From assembly GCA_023150555.1 (NCBI GenBank), contig JAKLKQ010000033.1, positions 5,088-69,087 of the forward strand: a DNA stretch of 64,000 bases, written 5' to 3'. Position 1 is the stretch's first letter, and the number at the start of each line of letters is the position of its first letter. Source of the stretch: Planctomycetota bacterium. Lineage in GTDB: Bacteria; Planctomycetota; SZUA-567; H5-PLA8. Both the position numbers and the translations under genes were made by a program. Positions 18,099-27,008 of the stretch are shown piece by piece. The notes under the pieces were generated by a model. It saw nothing but the letters and a program-made list of their open reading frames with translations, had not been told where the DNA came from and did not search any database.

Positions 18099-19451
18099 AT
18101 GAGTCCGCAAAGCGTATCCGCCGAACCGAAGACGCCCGCCAAGGCCAAGACGATGACCGGGCGCGAGCGCATGGCGCTGGCGATGCGGCACCAGAAGGCC
18201 GACCGCGTGCCCGTGATGTGCCAGCTGAGCATCGGGCACTACATGGTCAACACCGAGTTTCCCGGTTACGAGATCTGGCATTCGAGCGAGGTCTTCGCCG
18301 AGTGCCTGGTGCGCCTGGCGCGCAAGTACCGCTTCGACGGCGTGATGATCAATCTGCCCGGGCGCCCCGAGAACTGGAAGAAGAACGTCGAGCGCCTGGT
18401 TGTGTCGGACGAGAAGGAAGGCGAGGATCTGATCTTTTGGAAGAACTACCCCGGCGCGACCAAGTGCCCGCACGACGACAACGCGCACCACTACGTCCCT
18501 CTCCCCGGCGCCGACCCCAACGACGTCGAGAAGCTGGTGAAGGACAACGACATGGCCGTGCGCCCGGAACTCGACGACATCGACCTCGACAAGATCTACT
18601 ACGACGACCCGCACACCGAGGCCGGCCTGAAGTACCCGTATTTCTTCGGCAACGACAAGTACGAACCGCCCTACGGCGACGCGGACAATTATTTCCCGCC
18701 GCACGAGTACCGCACCATCGAGCTGGTGCGCAAGATGGCGCCGGACCTGAGCGTGCACGGCGAGTTCTTTAGCCCCATGAGCCAGATCATGGAACTTTTC
18801 GGTTACGAGCGCGCATTGATGGGATTCATCGACAACCCCGACCTGATGAAGGAGATCCTGGCACGCTACGCCATCGGCTGCATCGACAACGCCGAGCGCA
18901 TCGCGAAGCGCGGCGTCGACGCGCTGCTGATGTCCAGCGCCTTCGCCGGAGGTGGGTTCTTCAGCAAGGAGCACTACGAGGAGTTCGTGCTGCCCTGCGA
19001 GCAGGCGGTCTGGAAAGGCATCCGCGCGCGCGGCGTGGACATCCCCTTCTACGTCCACACCTGCGGCGCGATCGGCGACCGCCTGGACCTGATGGTCGAG
19101 ACCGGCGTGGATGGCATCGATACGCTCGACCCGCCGCCCCTGGGCAACACCGACATCGAAGAGGCCAAGAGGAAGTACGGCGAGAAGTTCTTCTTCAAGG
19201 GCAACGTCGACAGCGTCTCGAACCTGCTCCAGCAGCGCGGCGGCAAGGAGGCCTGCGAGAACGACATCAAGTGGCGCCTGAAGGCCGGCAAGCCCAACGG
19301 CGGCTTCGTGCTCTCGACGGCGTGCTCGGTGGCGCCCTACGTGAAGCCCGAGAACATCGTGTGCATGGTCGAACTGGCCGAGGAGTATGGCCGCTACGAC
19401 GGGTTCGGCAAGGAACCCGGCGACGAAGTGAAGCCGCTGACCGTCGTATAA
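18099..19451 (+). CDS. Uroporphyrinogen decarboxylase (URO-D) family protein, MtaA/CmuA-like paralog
   Basis: GRERMALAMRHQKADRVPVMCQLSIGHY...FDGVMINLPG is the URO-D family N-terminal pattern. SD AAAAGGAG lies 7 nt upstream of ATG 18099. Confidence 0.7.
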   Translation: MSPQSVSAEPKTPAKAKTMTGRERMALAMRHQKADRVPVMCQLSIGHYMVNTEFPGYEIWHSSEVFAECLVRLARKYRFDGVMINLPGRPENWKKNVERLVVSDEKEGEDLIFWKNYPGATKCPHDDNAHHYVPLPGADPNDVEKLVKDNDMAVRPELDDIDLDKIYYDDPHTEAGLKYPYFFGNDKYEPPYGDADNYFPPHEYRTIELVRKMAPDLSVHGEFFSPMSQIMELFGYERALMGFIDNPDLMKEILARYAIGCIDNAERIAKRGVDALLMSSAFAGGGFFSKEHYEEFVLPCEQAVWKGIRARGVDIPFYVHTCGAIGDRLDLMVETGVDGIDTLDPPPLGNTDIEEAKRKYGEKFFFKGNVDSVSNLLQQRGGKEACENDIKWRLKAGKPNGGFVLSTACSVAPYVKPENIVCMVELAEEYGRYDGFGKEPGDEVKPLTVV

Positions 19452-19518
19452 CGGAAATCTTGCGGGGACCGGGGGCCGGGATCCGGATGCCGGGATTCTC
19501 GACCGCAGGTTCTGACAG

Positions 19519-20175
19519 TTAGCCGTCTTTGCGGGCGAGGTCCGTCACCAGAAGCGGATTGGACTTGCGGCGCGCGTCGATCAGCGCCTCGGCGGTCTGT
19601 TTGGTGTCCTTGAACGATTCCAATTCCTGCTTCGTGATGCCGAAGGCCTGGATGAACTCCACGCGGCCGTGCGGAGTATCGATGCCGCCCAGCACGGGGT
19701 CCAACAGGAACGCCAAGCCCACCAGGTCGGTATCGAAATCCGCCCGGATGGGGCTGTTGGTGGGAATCCAGTGGTAGGGCTCAAACCAGCGGCCGCTCTT
19801 GAAGACGTACCGGGCCAGGTTCTGGAGCAGGTTGCAGACCCATAGCGGTTGTTCGGCCGGCGGAAGTTCGCTGGCCAGCCGGAAGGTCATCTCCAATCCG
19901 TACCGGCTGAACTCGCCGCCGGCAGCTTCCTCGTCGTAGTACAGAGACGAGTATCCATAAGTGACGAAATGCAGATGGCTCTTCCCGCCATCCCTGCATT
20001 CGAACGCGCTGATGCCGTCGAGCGGGTCCGGCCCGCCGAGCATGTGCTTGATGAGCGTGCCCCAGTGCTTGGGCTCCTGCGCGCCATACACCTGTTCCAG
20101 CCGCGCGTTGATGGCGTCCCAGCCGGGCGTGGCATCCTTGCCTTCGTAGCGGCGTCTGTATTCGGCGAGATCCAT
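19519..20175 (-). CDS. SUFU-like (suppressor-of-fused) domain protein, bacterial type
   Basis: MDLAEYRRRYEGKDATPGWDAINARLEQVYGAQEPKHWGT...GISAFECRDGGKSHLHFVTYGYSSLY resembles bacterial SUFU/Imm-SUFU domains. SD AAAGAGGTGG lies upstream of ATG 20175. Confidence 0.5.
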   Translation of the reverse strand: MDLAEYRRRYEGKDATPGWDAINARLEQVYGAQEPKHWGTLIKHMLGGPDPLDGISAFECRDGGKSHLHFVTYGYSSLYYDEEAAGGEFSRYGLEMTFRLASELPPAEQPLWVCNLLQNLARYVFKSGRWFEPYHWIPTNSPIRADFDTDLVGLAFLLDPVLGGIDTPHGRVEFIQAFGITKQELESFKDTKQTAEALIDARRKSNPLLVTDLARKDG

Positions 20176-20273
20176 AGCGAACCACCTCTTTCTGAAATTC
20201 GCCTTCATACTAGAATTCGGCGCGCTGAGGTCAACTTGGCCCCCGGCGTCCGGAGCCCGGTCCCCGCTGCGCG

Positions 20274-20747
20274 TTACTTCTCCCGGTCGGTGCGGTGCAA
20301 CCGCACTTTGATGGCCTGCTCGAGGCCTTCGGGATCGTCGGTGCCGATGCGCAGGCGCTTGCCGCTGGCCAGGTCCAACTCGACGGCATTCAGCCCCGAG
20401 ACGTTGTACAGCCAGCCGCGGCCGATGTAGCGGATGCCCCAGCCGTACAGCGGGGTGTTCCGCACGCGGCGGCAGGCCTTCACGTCGGCCAGCGGGACCG
20501 TCTTCCGCAGCAGCCCGACGCCGAAGCGCAGGCGGATGCATTCGGCTTCGACGTCCACGTGCAGGTCGTGGAAGAGCAGCAGCACGAAGGCCATCAGGCC
20601 GCCGATGCTCCCCGCGATGACCCACTCTCCGGCCAGGCCCGCGGCGATGAAGATGCCGGCGCCGATGAGGCCGAAGAGCACGCGCATCAGCGTGCCGGCT
20701 TGAGTATGGCGATAGGCGTTCTGCATGCGGATCGTGGCGTTCATCAT
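20274..20747 (-). CDS. Membrane protein with bacterial PH (bPH_2/YdbS-like) domain
   Basis: Two TM helices (LMRVLFGLIGAGIFIAAGLAGEWVIAGSIGGLMAFVLLLF) followed by a small beta-rich domain. SD AAGGAG lies upstream. Confidence 0.5.
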   Translation of the reverse strand: MMNATIRMQNAYRHTQAGTLMRVLFGLIGAGIFIAAGLAGEWVIAGSIGGLMAFVLLLFHDLHVDVEAECIRLRFGVGLLRKTVPLADVKACRRVRNTPLYGWGIRYIGRGWLYNVSGLNAVELDLASGKRLRIGTDDPEGLEQAIKVRLHRTDREK

Positions 20748-20922
20748 AAGGCTCCTTGCGAGGCGGTGGCTACCCCCTACAGGTCGAATAATAATTCGCC
20801 CCGCGTGCGCCTTTTGGCGAATCGGCGGATACCCGCAACTTGAAGCAGGCGAGGCACTTACGACGCACGAAAAGGTCTTGGATTGAAAATGAATCGATCT
20901 GAGAACAAGACGGCGGACGGGA

Positions 20923-21390
20923 TTACATGTGTTCGATGTCCCAGATCATCTGCTCGAGTTCCGGCAGGTTGTTCTGGAGGTCGATGGTGAACTTGCCCTT
21001 CGCGGGCGGCTGCGTGTTGACGTACTTGATCTTCTCGGGGCCGATCTTGGCGTAGAGCGCCTTGTAGCGCTTGTTGACCTTCAGGCGAATGGGTTTGATC
21101 TTGGGCCGCAGGTTGGGCTTCGGCGGCTTGCTCTGGATCGTCACCAGCGCCTGGCCCGAAAACTGGATCATGTACCGGAACTTGGTGCCGTAGAAGGTCT
21201 CGGACTCGCCCTCGACGGTGGCGGTGCCGCCTTCGCCCGTTTCCTCGGCCTTCGGGATCGGGATGGTGATGTTCATCTTCAGGCCCTTGGACTCCTTGGG
21301 CGCTTTGGACGCCTTGGGCTCTTCCTGGTCTTCCTGATCTTCCAATTCTTCCTCCGCTTTGTTTGACGTGGCACACTCTCCTTTCTTCAT
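20923..21390 (-). CDS. Hypothetical protein (155 aa) with acidic N-terminus
   Basis: Genome-typical GC3 codon bias. The opposite-strand ORFs here are Arg/Gly-rich artifacts. No known motif. Confidence 0.45.
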   Translation of the reverse strand: MKKGECATSNKAEEELEDQEDQEEPKASKAPKESKGLKMNITIPIPKAEETGEGGTATVEGESETFYGTKFRYMIQFSGQALVTIQSKPPKPNLRPKIKPIRLKVNKRYKALYAKIGPEKIKYVNTQPPAKGKFTIDLQNNLPELEQMIWDIEHM

Positions 21391-21504
21391 TTTAAGTAAC
21401 TATAGAACAGGACTTACGCTTTTTCAATACCACGTGAAAAGCGCTCCCTGAGCATGGGGTGCACATGTGCTTTTTCGGCGAAATTCAGGCGAAGAACCGC
21501 ACGC

Positions 21505-23370
21505 TCAGCGCTTCTTGGCGTTCTTCTGGGCGGACTTCTTCTTCGGTTTGGTCTCGACGGTCTTCCAGCGCACACGCTTGGCGGGCTGCCTGAATGCGTT
21601 TTTCTGCGCGCAACGTTCGCGGGCCTGGCGGCGTTGCTCCTTCAGATCTTCTTCCGCGCGCGACTTCGCCGCCAGGTCGGCGGCCGCCATTAACACTTCC
21701 GCGCGTTCTTCCAGAATGCCGCGCTTCTTAGCCGGCGCGCCCTTCAGCAGGCCTTCCACCGCGAGTTTCTGTTTGGCCTGTTTGCCTTCCTCGCTCCGGG
21801 CGTTCTTCGCCAGCGCGACCAGGATCTCGCGCCCGAACTCGCGGCCGCTCTGCATTCGCTCCGCGAAGTGGTGGCCGACGTAGTACTGGATGCGGCGGCT
21901 GAGCGTGCGGTCCTTGAGGACCTGGCGCGCCAGTTCCTTGGGCCTGAAGGCCGAGCCGGACACGGCTTCCTCGAGCAATCGTAGGTTCGGATCGGCGGCG
22001 CGGGCGGTGCGCGAAAGGTCCAGTGGCGTGACGGCCAGTCCGGCCAGCGCCTGCTCGACGCGGTGCTCTTCGTTCCAGCCTTCTACTCCGGCGACCGAGC
22101 GCAGCAGGCTGAGTGCACGCTGGGGCTCGCCCTTCGTGCGTAGAGCGCGGGCTTCCTTGAGCGCTTCGGAGGCGAGCGTAGACTTGCCAGCCGCGCGCAG
22201 CACCAGCAGCAGCGCGCCGCGCCGCGCGTCGGCGTTGCGGCGCAGGTCGTCTTCGCTCTCGCCGGCCTTGGCCTTGCGCTTGGCGCCGGCGGCCAGTTCC
22301 ACGTACGCCTGGGCAAGACGGGTAACGACCCGGTCGGGGATGCCGTCCGCCATCTCGCGGAGGACGTTCGCGATGGTGCGGCTGGCCTCGCCATCGTCAA
22401 CCGCAGCGAGCTTCTCGCTCAGCGGGACGGCGGCGTTGGGCGCGCGTGCCAAGGCCTGGGCGGCGTCCTCCCGAACCGTGCGGTCGGGGTCGTCGAGGCA
22501 CTTGATCAGTTCGGCCAGCGTGCGCGGTGTGGCGTGCACGGCCAGCGCGCGCATGGCGAACTCGCGGACCTCTGGGAAGGTGGAGGCGACCAGCTTCTCG
22601 AGCGCCCGGCGGTGCTCGCCGCCGATGTCGGCGCCGTCGAGGGCGCGCAGCGTGGGTTCCACGGTGTGCGAGAAGTCGGTCTCGTGCAGCAGCGGCAGGA
22701 GCTTGCCGGCAAGGCGCCCGCGCTTGTCGGCATCGAGGCGCAGCATGCCGATGGAACGCAGCGCGGCGCCGCGTGCGCGCGGCGTGGCGTCCTTCCCCGT
22801 GTGCTTGAGCAGCAACTGCAGCGCATCGGCGTCGCGCAGGTCGCCGACCATCTCCAGCGCCGCGACGGCAGCGGACTCGTTTTTCACGAAGGTCGCAGCG
22901 CCCAGTGCACGCGTAAGCTGCGCCAGCAGTGCGCCGCGGGCCTTTTCGTCCAGCCCGGAGATCGCGTGGCGCACGCCTTCGCGGATGGCACGCGCCGTTT
23001 CGGGCTCGCGCAGTTCCTCAACGACGGCGGCGAACCCCTGGCGTTCGCCCGTGCGCACGATGGCCTCGGCCAGTTTCGGCTGAAGGTCCGGCGGCGCCTT
23101 GGGGAGCATTTTCGCGAGGGGCTTCAATGCACCGGCGCCGGCGTGGGCGACCGCGCGCAGGGCTTCCTCGCTGACCGGCCCGCCGGCCTGGATGCAGGGC
23201 ACCAGCGCGTCGGCGGCCTGCGGAGTGCCGATACGGCCCAGCGCGTCGATCACGAAGCTGCGCAGGGTCCCGTCGCTCTTCTCGAGCGCCTCTTTCAGCG
23301 CGGAGGTGACGGCCGGATCGCGCGGCGCGAGTTCGGCAAGAATCACCGCCGAGGCGCTGGCCAGCCGCAT
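21505..23370 (-). CDS. Large HEAT/ARM-repeat protein (621 aa) with Lys-rich C-terminal tail
   Basis: Many repeats of the type VR..A..ALG.IG.P.A...L. The start is set at the internal ATG 23370 (MRLASASAVILAELAP) because the upstream extension overlaps the neighbouring gene. The C-terminal tail is basic (KPKKKSAQKNAKKR). Confidence 0.6.
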   Translation of the reverse strand: MRLASASAVILAELAPRDPAVTSALKEALEKSDGTLRSFVIDALGRIGTPQAADALVPCIQAGGPVSEEALRAVAHAGAGALKPLAKMLPKAPPDLQPKLAEAIVRTGERQGFAAVVEELREPETARAIREGVRHAISGLDEKARGALLAQLTRALGAATFVKNESAAVAALEMVGDLRDADALQLLLKHTGKDATPRARGAALRSIGMLRLDADKRGRLAGKLLPLLHETDFSHTVEPTLRALDGADIGGEHRRALEKLVASTFPEVREFAMRALAVHATPRTLAELIKCLDDPDRTVREDAAQALARAPNAAVPLSEKLAAVDDGEASRTIANVLREMADGIPDRVVTRLAQAYVELAAGAKRKAKAGESEDDLRRNADARRGALLLVLRAAGKSTLASEALKEARALRTKGEPQRALSLLRSVAGVEGWNEEHRVEQALAGLAVTPLDLSRTARAADPNLRLLEEAVSGSAFRPKELARQVLKDRTLSRRIQYYVGHHFAERMQSGREFGREILVALAKNARSEEGKQAKQKLAVEGLLKGAPAKKRGILEERAEVLMAAADLAAKSRAEEDLKEQRRQARERCAQKNAFRQPAKRVRWKTVETKPKKKSAQKNAKKR

Positions 23371-23444
23371 GTCCTTGCCGGCGACCAGATGTGTCAGACG
23401 GGTGAGCGTGGCATCCAAGGGACAGTCTCTCCTCTGGTGTTCGC

Positions 23445-24269
23445 TTAAGGGACCTTCGGCGTATCGGTCTTGGAATCGTTTTCGAGCGACGAATCCATCA
23501 CGATGGCATCGGGGAAGGACGACTGGTCTGCGCGCAGCTTCGACTTTTCCCTGTCCTTGGGCTTTCCGACGATGCCGCCGGAGATCACGAGCTTGATCGC
23601 GTCCTGAACGGAGATGGGCAGCTCGAAAGCCTCGCTGCGCGGCAGTATCAGCGTGAAGCCTTGCGTCGGCAGGGGCGTCGTGGGCACGAAGACGGTGATG
23701 ATCTCGTCGGCCGGCAGCCCGGCGGCCTCGGTCTGCTTCTTCAGCGATTCGCTGAGCGTCTTTCCCAGCAGGCCCGCCTTGCCGGTCACGAAGCCGATCA
23801 CCCACGTGCCCTTGATCGGGAACTGCACCAGCACGGCACTCTGGAACCGCGTCTCGCCCTTGTCGTTGACGAAGGCCTCGCCTAACTGCTTGACCGAGAT
23901 GTACAGCCAACCGACCAGCGGCACGCGCGCCACCAGGCCCTCAAGCACGCGCAGCAGCCAGCGGCCGATAAAGCTGCGGATCACGATGCCCAGCACAAGG
24001 ACCAACAGGATCAGCAGCGCCAGTCCAAGCAGAGGAATCAACAACTGCTCGTAGTCGGATTTCTGGATCGCGTCCACAACGCGCTCGTAGGAGCCCCCGC
24101 CAACCCCGCCGACCTGGCTGAGGCCGAAGACGAAGCGCAGCGGGCCGTCCATGGCGTTCCAGAACCACAGCAGCACGACCACCGTAATGGCGGTTGGCAC
24201 CGCGACGAACAGGCCCGCGATAAAATTCGAACGAATGAAGGCCCGAATGGGTTTAACGATCTTAGCCAT
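23445..24269 (-). CDS. DUF502-family membrane protein
   Basis: N-terminal TM (FIAGLFVAVPTAITVVVLLWFW), a second TM segment, and a conserved core (PIKGTWVIGFVTG). The architecture matches DUF502. Confidence 0.6.
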   Translation of the reverse strand: MAKIVKPIRAFIRSNFIAGLFVAVPTAITVVVLLWFWNAMDGPLRFVFGLSQVGGVGGGSYERVVDAIQKSDYEQLLIPLLGLALLILLVLVLGIVIRSFIGRWLLRVLEGLVARVPLVGWLYISVKQLGEAFVNDKGETRFQSAVLVQFPIKGTWVIGFVTGKAGLLGKTLSESLKKQTEAAGLPADEIITVFVPTTPLPTQGFTLILPRSEAFELPISVQDAIKLVISGGIVGKPKDREKSKLRADQSSFPDAIVMDSSLENDSKTDTPKVP

Positions 24270-24410
24270 GAGCGTCGTTGCGCCGGTTGCCGTCCACGGT
24301 ACGGTCCCGGACCACGCGGCCTGTCCTCCTCTTATCGACCGTTGCAGCCGTCCAAGTATAGACGCGCGAGGCCGGTCCGCCTCCTCGAAAACCGGTCTTC
24401 TTGCGCTGCG

Positions 24411-25142
24411 TCAGCCGCCCAGGTAGGCCTTGCGCACGTCGGGGTCATCGGCCAGAGCGCGGGCCGGCCCATCCTTGACAATACGCCCGGTCTCCAGAAC
24501 GTAGCCGCGGTCGGCCACCTGGAGCGCCTGGCGCGCGTTCTGCTCCACCAGCAGGATCGTGACGTGCTCCCGCTTCAGGTTCGCCAGCACCTGGAAGATC
24601 TGTTCGACCAGCTTCGGCGCCAGGCCGAGGCTGGGTTCGTCGAGCATAAGCAGCTTGGGCCGCGACATCAGCGCGCGCGCGATGGCCAGCATCTGCTGTT
24701 CGCCGCCGGAGAGCGTCCCGGCCAGTTGCTTGGCGCGCTCGGCCAGGATCGGAAAGAGCCCGCGCATCTTGTCGCGGTCGCTGCGGATCTCGGCGCGGTC
24801 ACTACGGATGTAGGCGCCCAGGTCGAGATTCTCGTCGACGGTCAGGTTTGGGAAGATGCGCCGCCCTTCGGGGCACAGAGCCAGCCCCCGACGCACGATG
24901 TCGTGCGAAGGGCGTCCCTCGATGGGCTGCTCCTGAAAGACCACCTTGCCCGCCTTGGGCTTGAGCATGCCCGAGACGGTCTTCAACGTAGTGCTCTTGC
25001 CGGCGCCGTTGCAGCCGATCAGCGTGACGAGTTCACCCTTGCGAACGTCCAAGGAGACGCCGCGCAGCGCCTGAATGCCGCCGTAGAAAACGTCCAGTCC
25101 GTCGACGCGAAGCACCGGTGCCGATCCGTTCGGGGCGCTCAT
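24411..25142 (-). CDS. livF: Branched-chain amino acid ABC transporter ATP-binding protein LivF
   Basis: Walker A GCNGAGKSTTL. Signature LSGGEQQMLAIARAL. Walker B LLMLDEPSLGLAP. Confidence 0.85.
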   Translation of the reverse strand: MSAPNGSAPVLRVDGLDVFYGGIQALRGVSLDVRKGELVTLIGCNGAGKSTTLKTVSGMLKPKAGKVVFQEQPIEGRPSHDIVRRGLALCPEGRRIFPNLTVDENLDLGAYIRSDRAEIRSDRDKMRGLFPILAERAKQLAGTLSGGEQQMLAIARALMSRPKLLMLDEPSLGLAPKLVEQIFQVLANLKREHVTILLVEQNARQALQVADRGYVLETGRIVKDGPARALADDPDVRKAYLGG

Positions 25143-25933
25143 TGGTGCGCCTCCTGGCCCAGATAGGCTTCGATGACCTTGGGGTCTTCGCGAACGGTCT
25201 CGGGCAGCCCCTGCGCGATCGTCACGCCGTGGTCGAGCACCAGCAGACGCTTGGCCAGGCTCATGACGAAGGGCATGTCGTGCTCGATAACGAGAATCGT
25301 GAGATCGAAGCGCTCGCGGATGTCGCGAATCAACTGCTGTAGGTCGGCAGATTCGCTCTCGTTGGCGCCTGCGGCGGGCTCGTCGAGCAGCAGGACCTTG
25401 GGCCGACTGGCCAGCGCACGGGCGATTTCCAGACGCCGCTGCTGCCCGTAAGCCAAGCTCGCCGATCGCGCGCTTGCCAGGTCCTGGAGCCCCATGAGCT
25501 CCAGGAGTTCCGTAGCCTCCCGGTCAATTTCCTTTTCTTCGTGCCGGAATGCCGGCGAACGGAAGACGGCGCCCAAAATCGATTGGCGCTTCACCGGCGT
25601 GAATCCGACCTTTACGTTCTCGACCACACTCATGTCGCGAAAGAGCCGGATGTTCTGAAAGGTGCGCGCGATGCCCAGCCCGGTGATGCGGTCGGGCGAT
25701 AGCCAGCCGGTGTCCACGCCTCGAACGGAAATCGAGCCCGCGTCCGGCTTGTATACCCCCGTCAGCAGATTGAAGACGGTCGTCTTGCCGGCTCCGTTCG
25801 GTCCGATCAAGCCCACCACTTCGCCCGGCGCCAGTTCCAGGGTGAAGTCGTCGACCGCGACCAGCCCGCCGAAGGTCTTGCGAATGTCCTTCACCGCCAG
25901 CAGGGGTTCGGTTGTAGAAGCGCTCGCGCTCAT
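25139..25933 (-). CDS. livG: Branched-chain amino acid ABC transporter ATP-binding protein LivG
   Basis: GPNGAGKTTVFNLLTGVYKPDAGS, LAYGQQRRLEIARALA, LLLDEPAAG. Start set at MSASASTT with SD GGGAGG upstream. Confidence 0.85.
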   Translation of the reverse strand: MSASASTTEPLLAVKDIRKTFGGLVAVDDFTLELAPGEVVGLIGPNGAGKTTVFNLLTGVYKPDAGSISVRGVDTGWLSPDRITGLGIARTFQNIRLFRDMSVVENVKVGFTPVKRQSILGAVFRSPAFRHEEKEIDREATELLELMGLQDLASARSASLAYGQQRRLEIARALASRPKVLLLDEPAAGANESESADLQQLIRDIRERFDLTILVIEHDMPFVMSLAKRLLVLDHGVTIAQGLPETVREDPKVIEAYLGQEAHQ

Positions 25934-26991
25934 GCTCCGGCCTCCCCGGATGTGGAGGCCGATTCGGATTTCTTTCCGAACAGCCGTCGCCAGAGTTTCA
26001 CCAGCGAGAACTCGCGGTTTCCCATCAGGCCCTGCGGCCGCAACAAGACAACGATAATTAACATCAGCGAAAAGAAGACTTGCCACAGGTCCTTCAGGGA
26101 ACGGTGCACGACGCCGCCTTGGGTCGGATCGTAAAAGATCGGGATGACCCACGTATCCGGTGCGAACGTAAGGAAGACGGGTACCGCGTAGATCAGCAGC
26201 GCCGCCAGGATGGTGCCGGAGAAACTGCCCATTCCGCCCATCACCACGATAACCAGGAAAATCACGCCCTGCATGAACCCGAACTGGTTGGGCGAGACGT
26301 AGCGCTGGTAATTCGCGTAAACGGCGCCGGCCAAGCCCGCCAGCGCGGCGCCGAGGACGAAGACCAGGACCTTGTAGCGCGTCAGGTTCACGCCCAATAA
26401 TTCTGCGGCGGTCTCGTCGTCGCGGATTGCAGTGATGGCGCGGCCGTGCGCCGAACGCATCAGATTTCGTAGCAGGAGCAGCGTCAACAGGGCGACCGCC
26501 CAGGATAGCGCGATGTAGAAAAACATCTCGGCGCGCCGGGCTGCCATGCGCTCGAGGCCTATCTGTTCCTGCAGGAACGCGCGGAAGACGTTAGGTACGG
26601 ACAACCCCTGCGACGTGCCTAGCCATTCGCTGTTGATCGCGATGTTGCGAAAAATCTCGCCGAAGCCCAGCGTCGCGATGGCCAAGTAGTCACCGCGCAT
26701 GCGCAGGCACGGCACGCCGACGATGAGGCCAAATAGGGCCGCGACAAGCATCGCCAGCGGGAAGGTCATCAGAAAGGATAACATGCCCGCGTCGGCCCAG
26801 CCCATCTCGGCGGGCAGCACGGTCAGGACAACCGCCGTCACATACGCGCCGACGCCCCAGAAGCCCTGGTGCCCCAACGAGAAAAGCCCGGTGAATCCAT
26901 TGATGAGATTCAACGACAGCGCCAGCGCAATCCAAACGCCGGCCATCACCAAGTGGTGGCCCCAGAAGTTGAGGAGCTTGTCGAAATCCAT
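25930..26991 (-). CDS. livM: Branched-chain amino acid ABC transporter permease LivM
   Basis: A polytopic permease. LNLINGFTGLFSLGHQGFWGVGAYVTAV is a LivM-type motif. Confidence 0.8.
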   Translation of the reverse strand: MDFDKLLNFWGHHLVMAGVWIALALSLNLINGFTGLFSLGHQGFWGVGAYVTAVVLTVLPAEMGWADAGMLSFLMTFPLAMLVAALFGLIVGVPCLRMRGDYLAIATLGFGEIFRNIAINSEWLGTSQGLSVPNVFRAFLQEQIGLERMAARRAEMFFYIALSWAVALLTLLLLRNLMRSAHGRAITAIRDDETAAELLGVNLTRYKVLVFVLGAALAGLAGAVYANYQRYVSPNQFGFMQGVIFLVIVVMGGMGSFSGTILAALLIYAVPVFLTFAPDTWVIPIFYDPTQGGVVHRSLKDLWQVFFSLMLIIVVLLRPQGLMGNREFSLVKLWRRLFGKKSESASTSGEAGA

Positions 26992-27008
26992 TCGTCAACG
27001 CCCCCGCC

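Noticed and set aside
19452-19518. A convergent gap between the URO-D-like gene and the SUFU-like gene containing a GGATCC-centred imperfect inverted repeat. It could be a bidirectional terminator.
   Set aside because: The stem is interrupted and there is no flanking T-tract. It cannot be supported from sequence alone.
21455-21480. A 10-bp perfect palindrome GCACATGTGC followed by TTTTT. It could be a terminator.
   Set aside because: The stem is too short and weak. It is oriented for a plus-strand transcript, but no plus-strand gene ends upstream of it. More likely it is part of the promoter or 5' region of the minus-strand 155-aa gene.
24775-24835. A near-tandem 21-bp DNA repeat in livF giving the peptide IRSDRAE-IRSDRD.
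   Set aside because: Alignment to the E. coli LivF length shows no net insertion at this position. This is likely coincidental local similarity rather than a duplication or repeat element.
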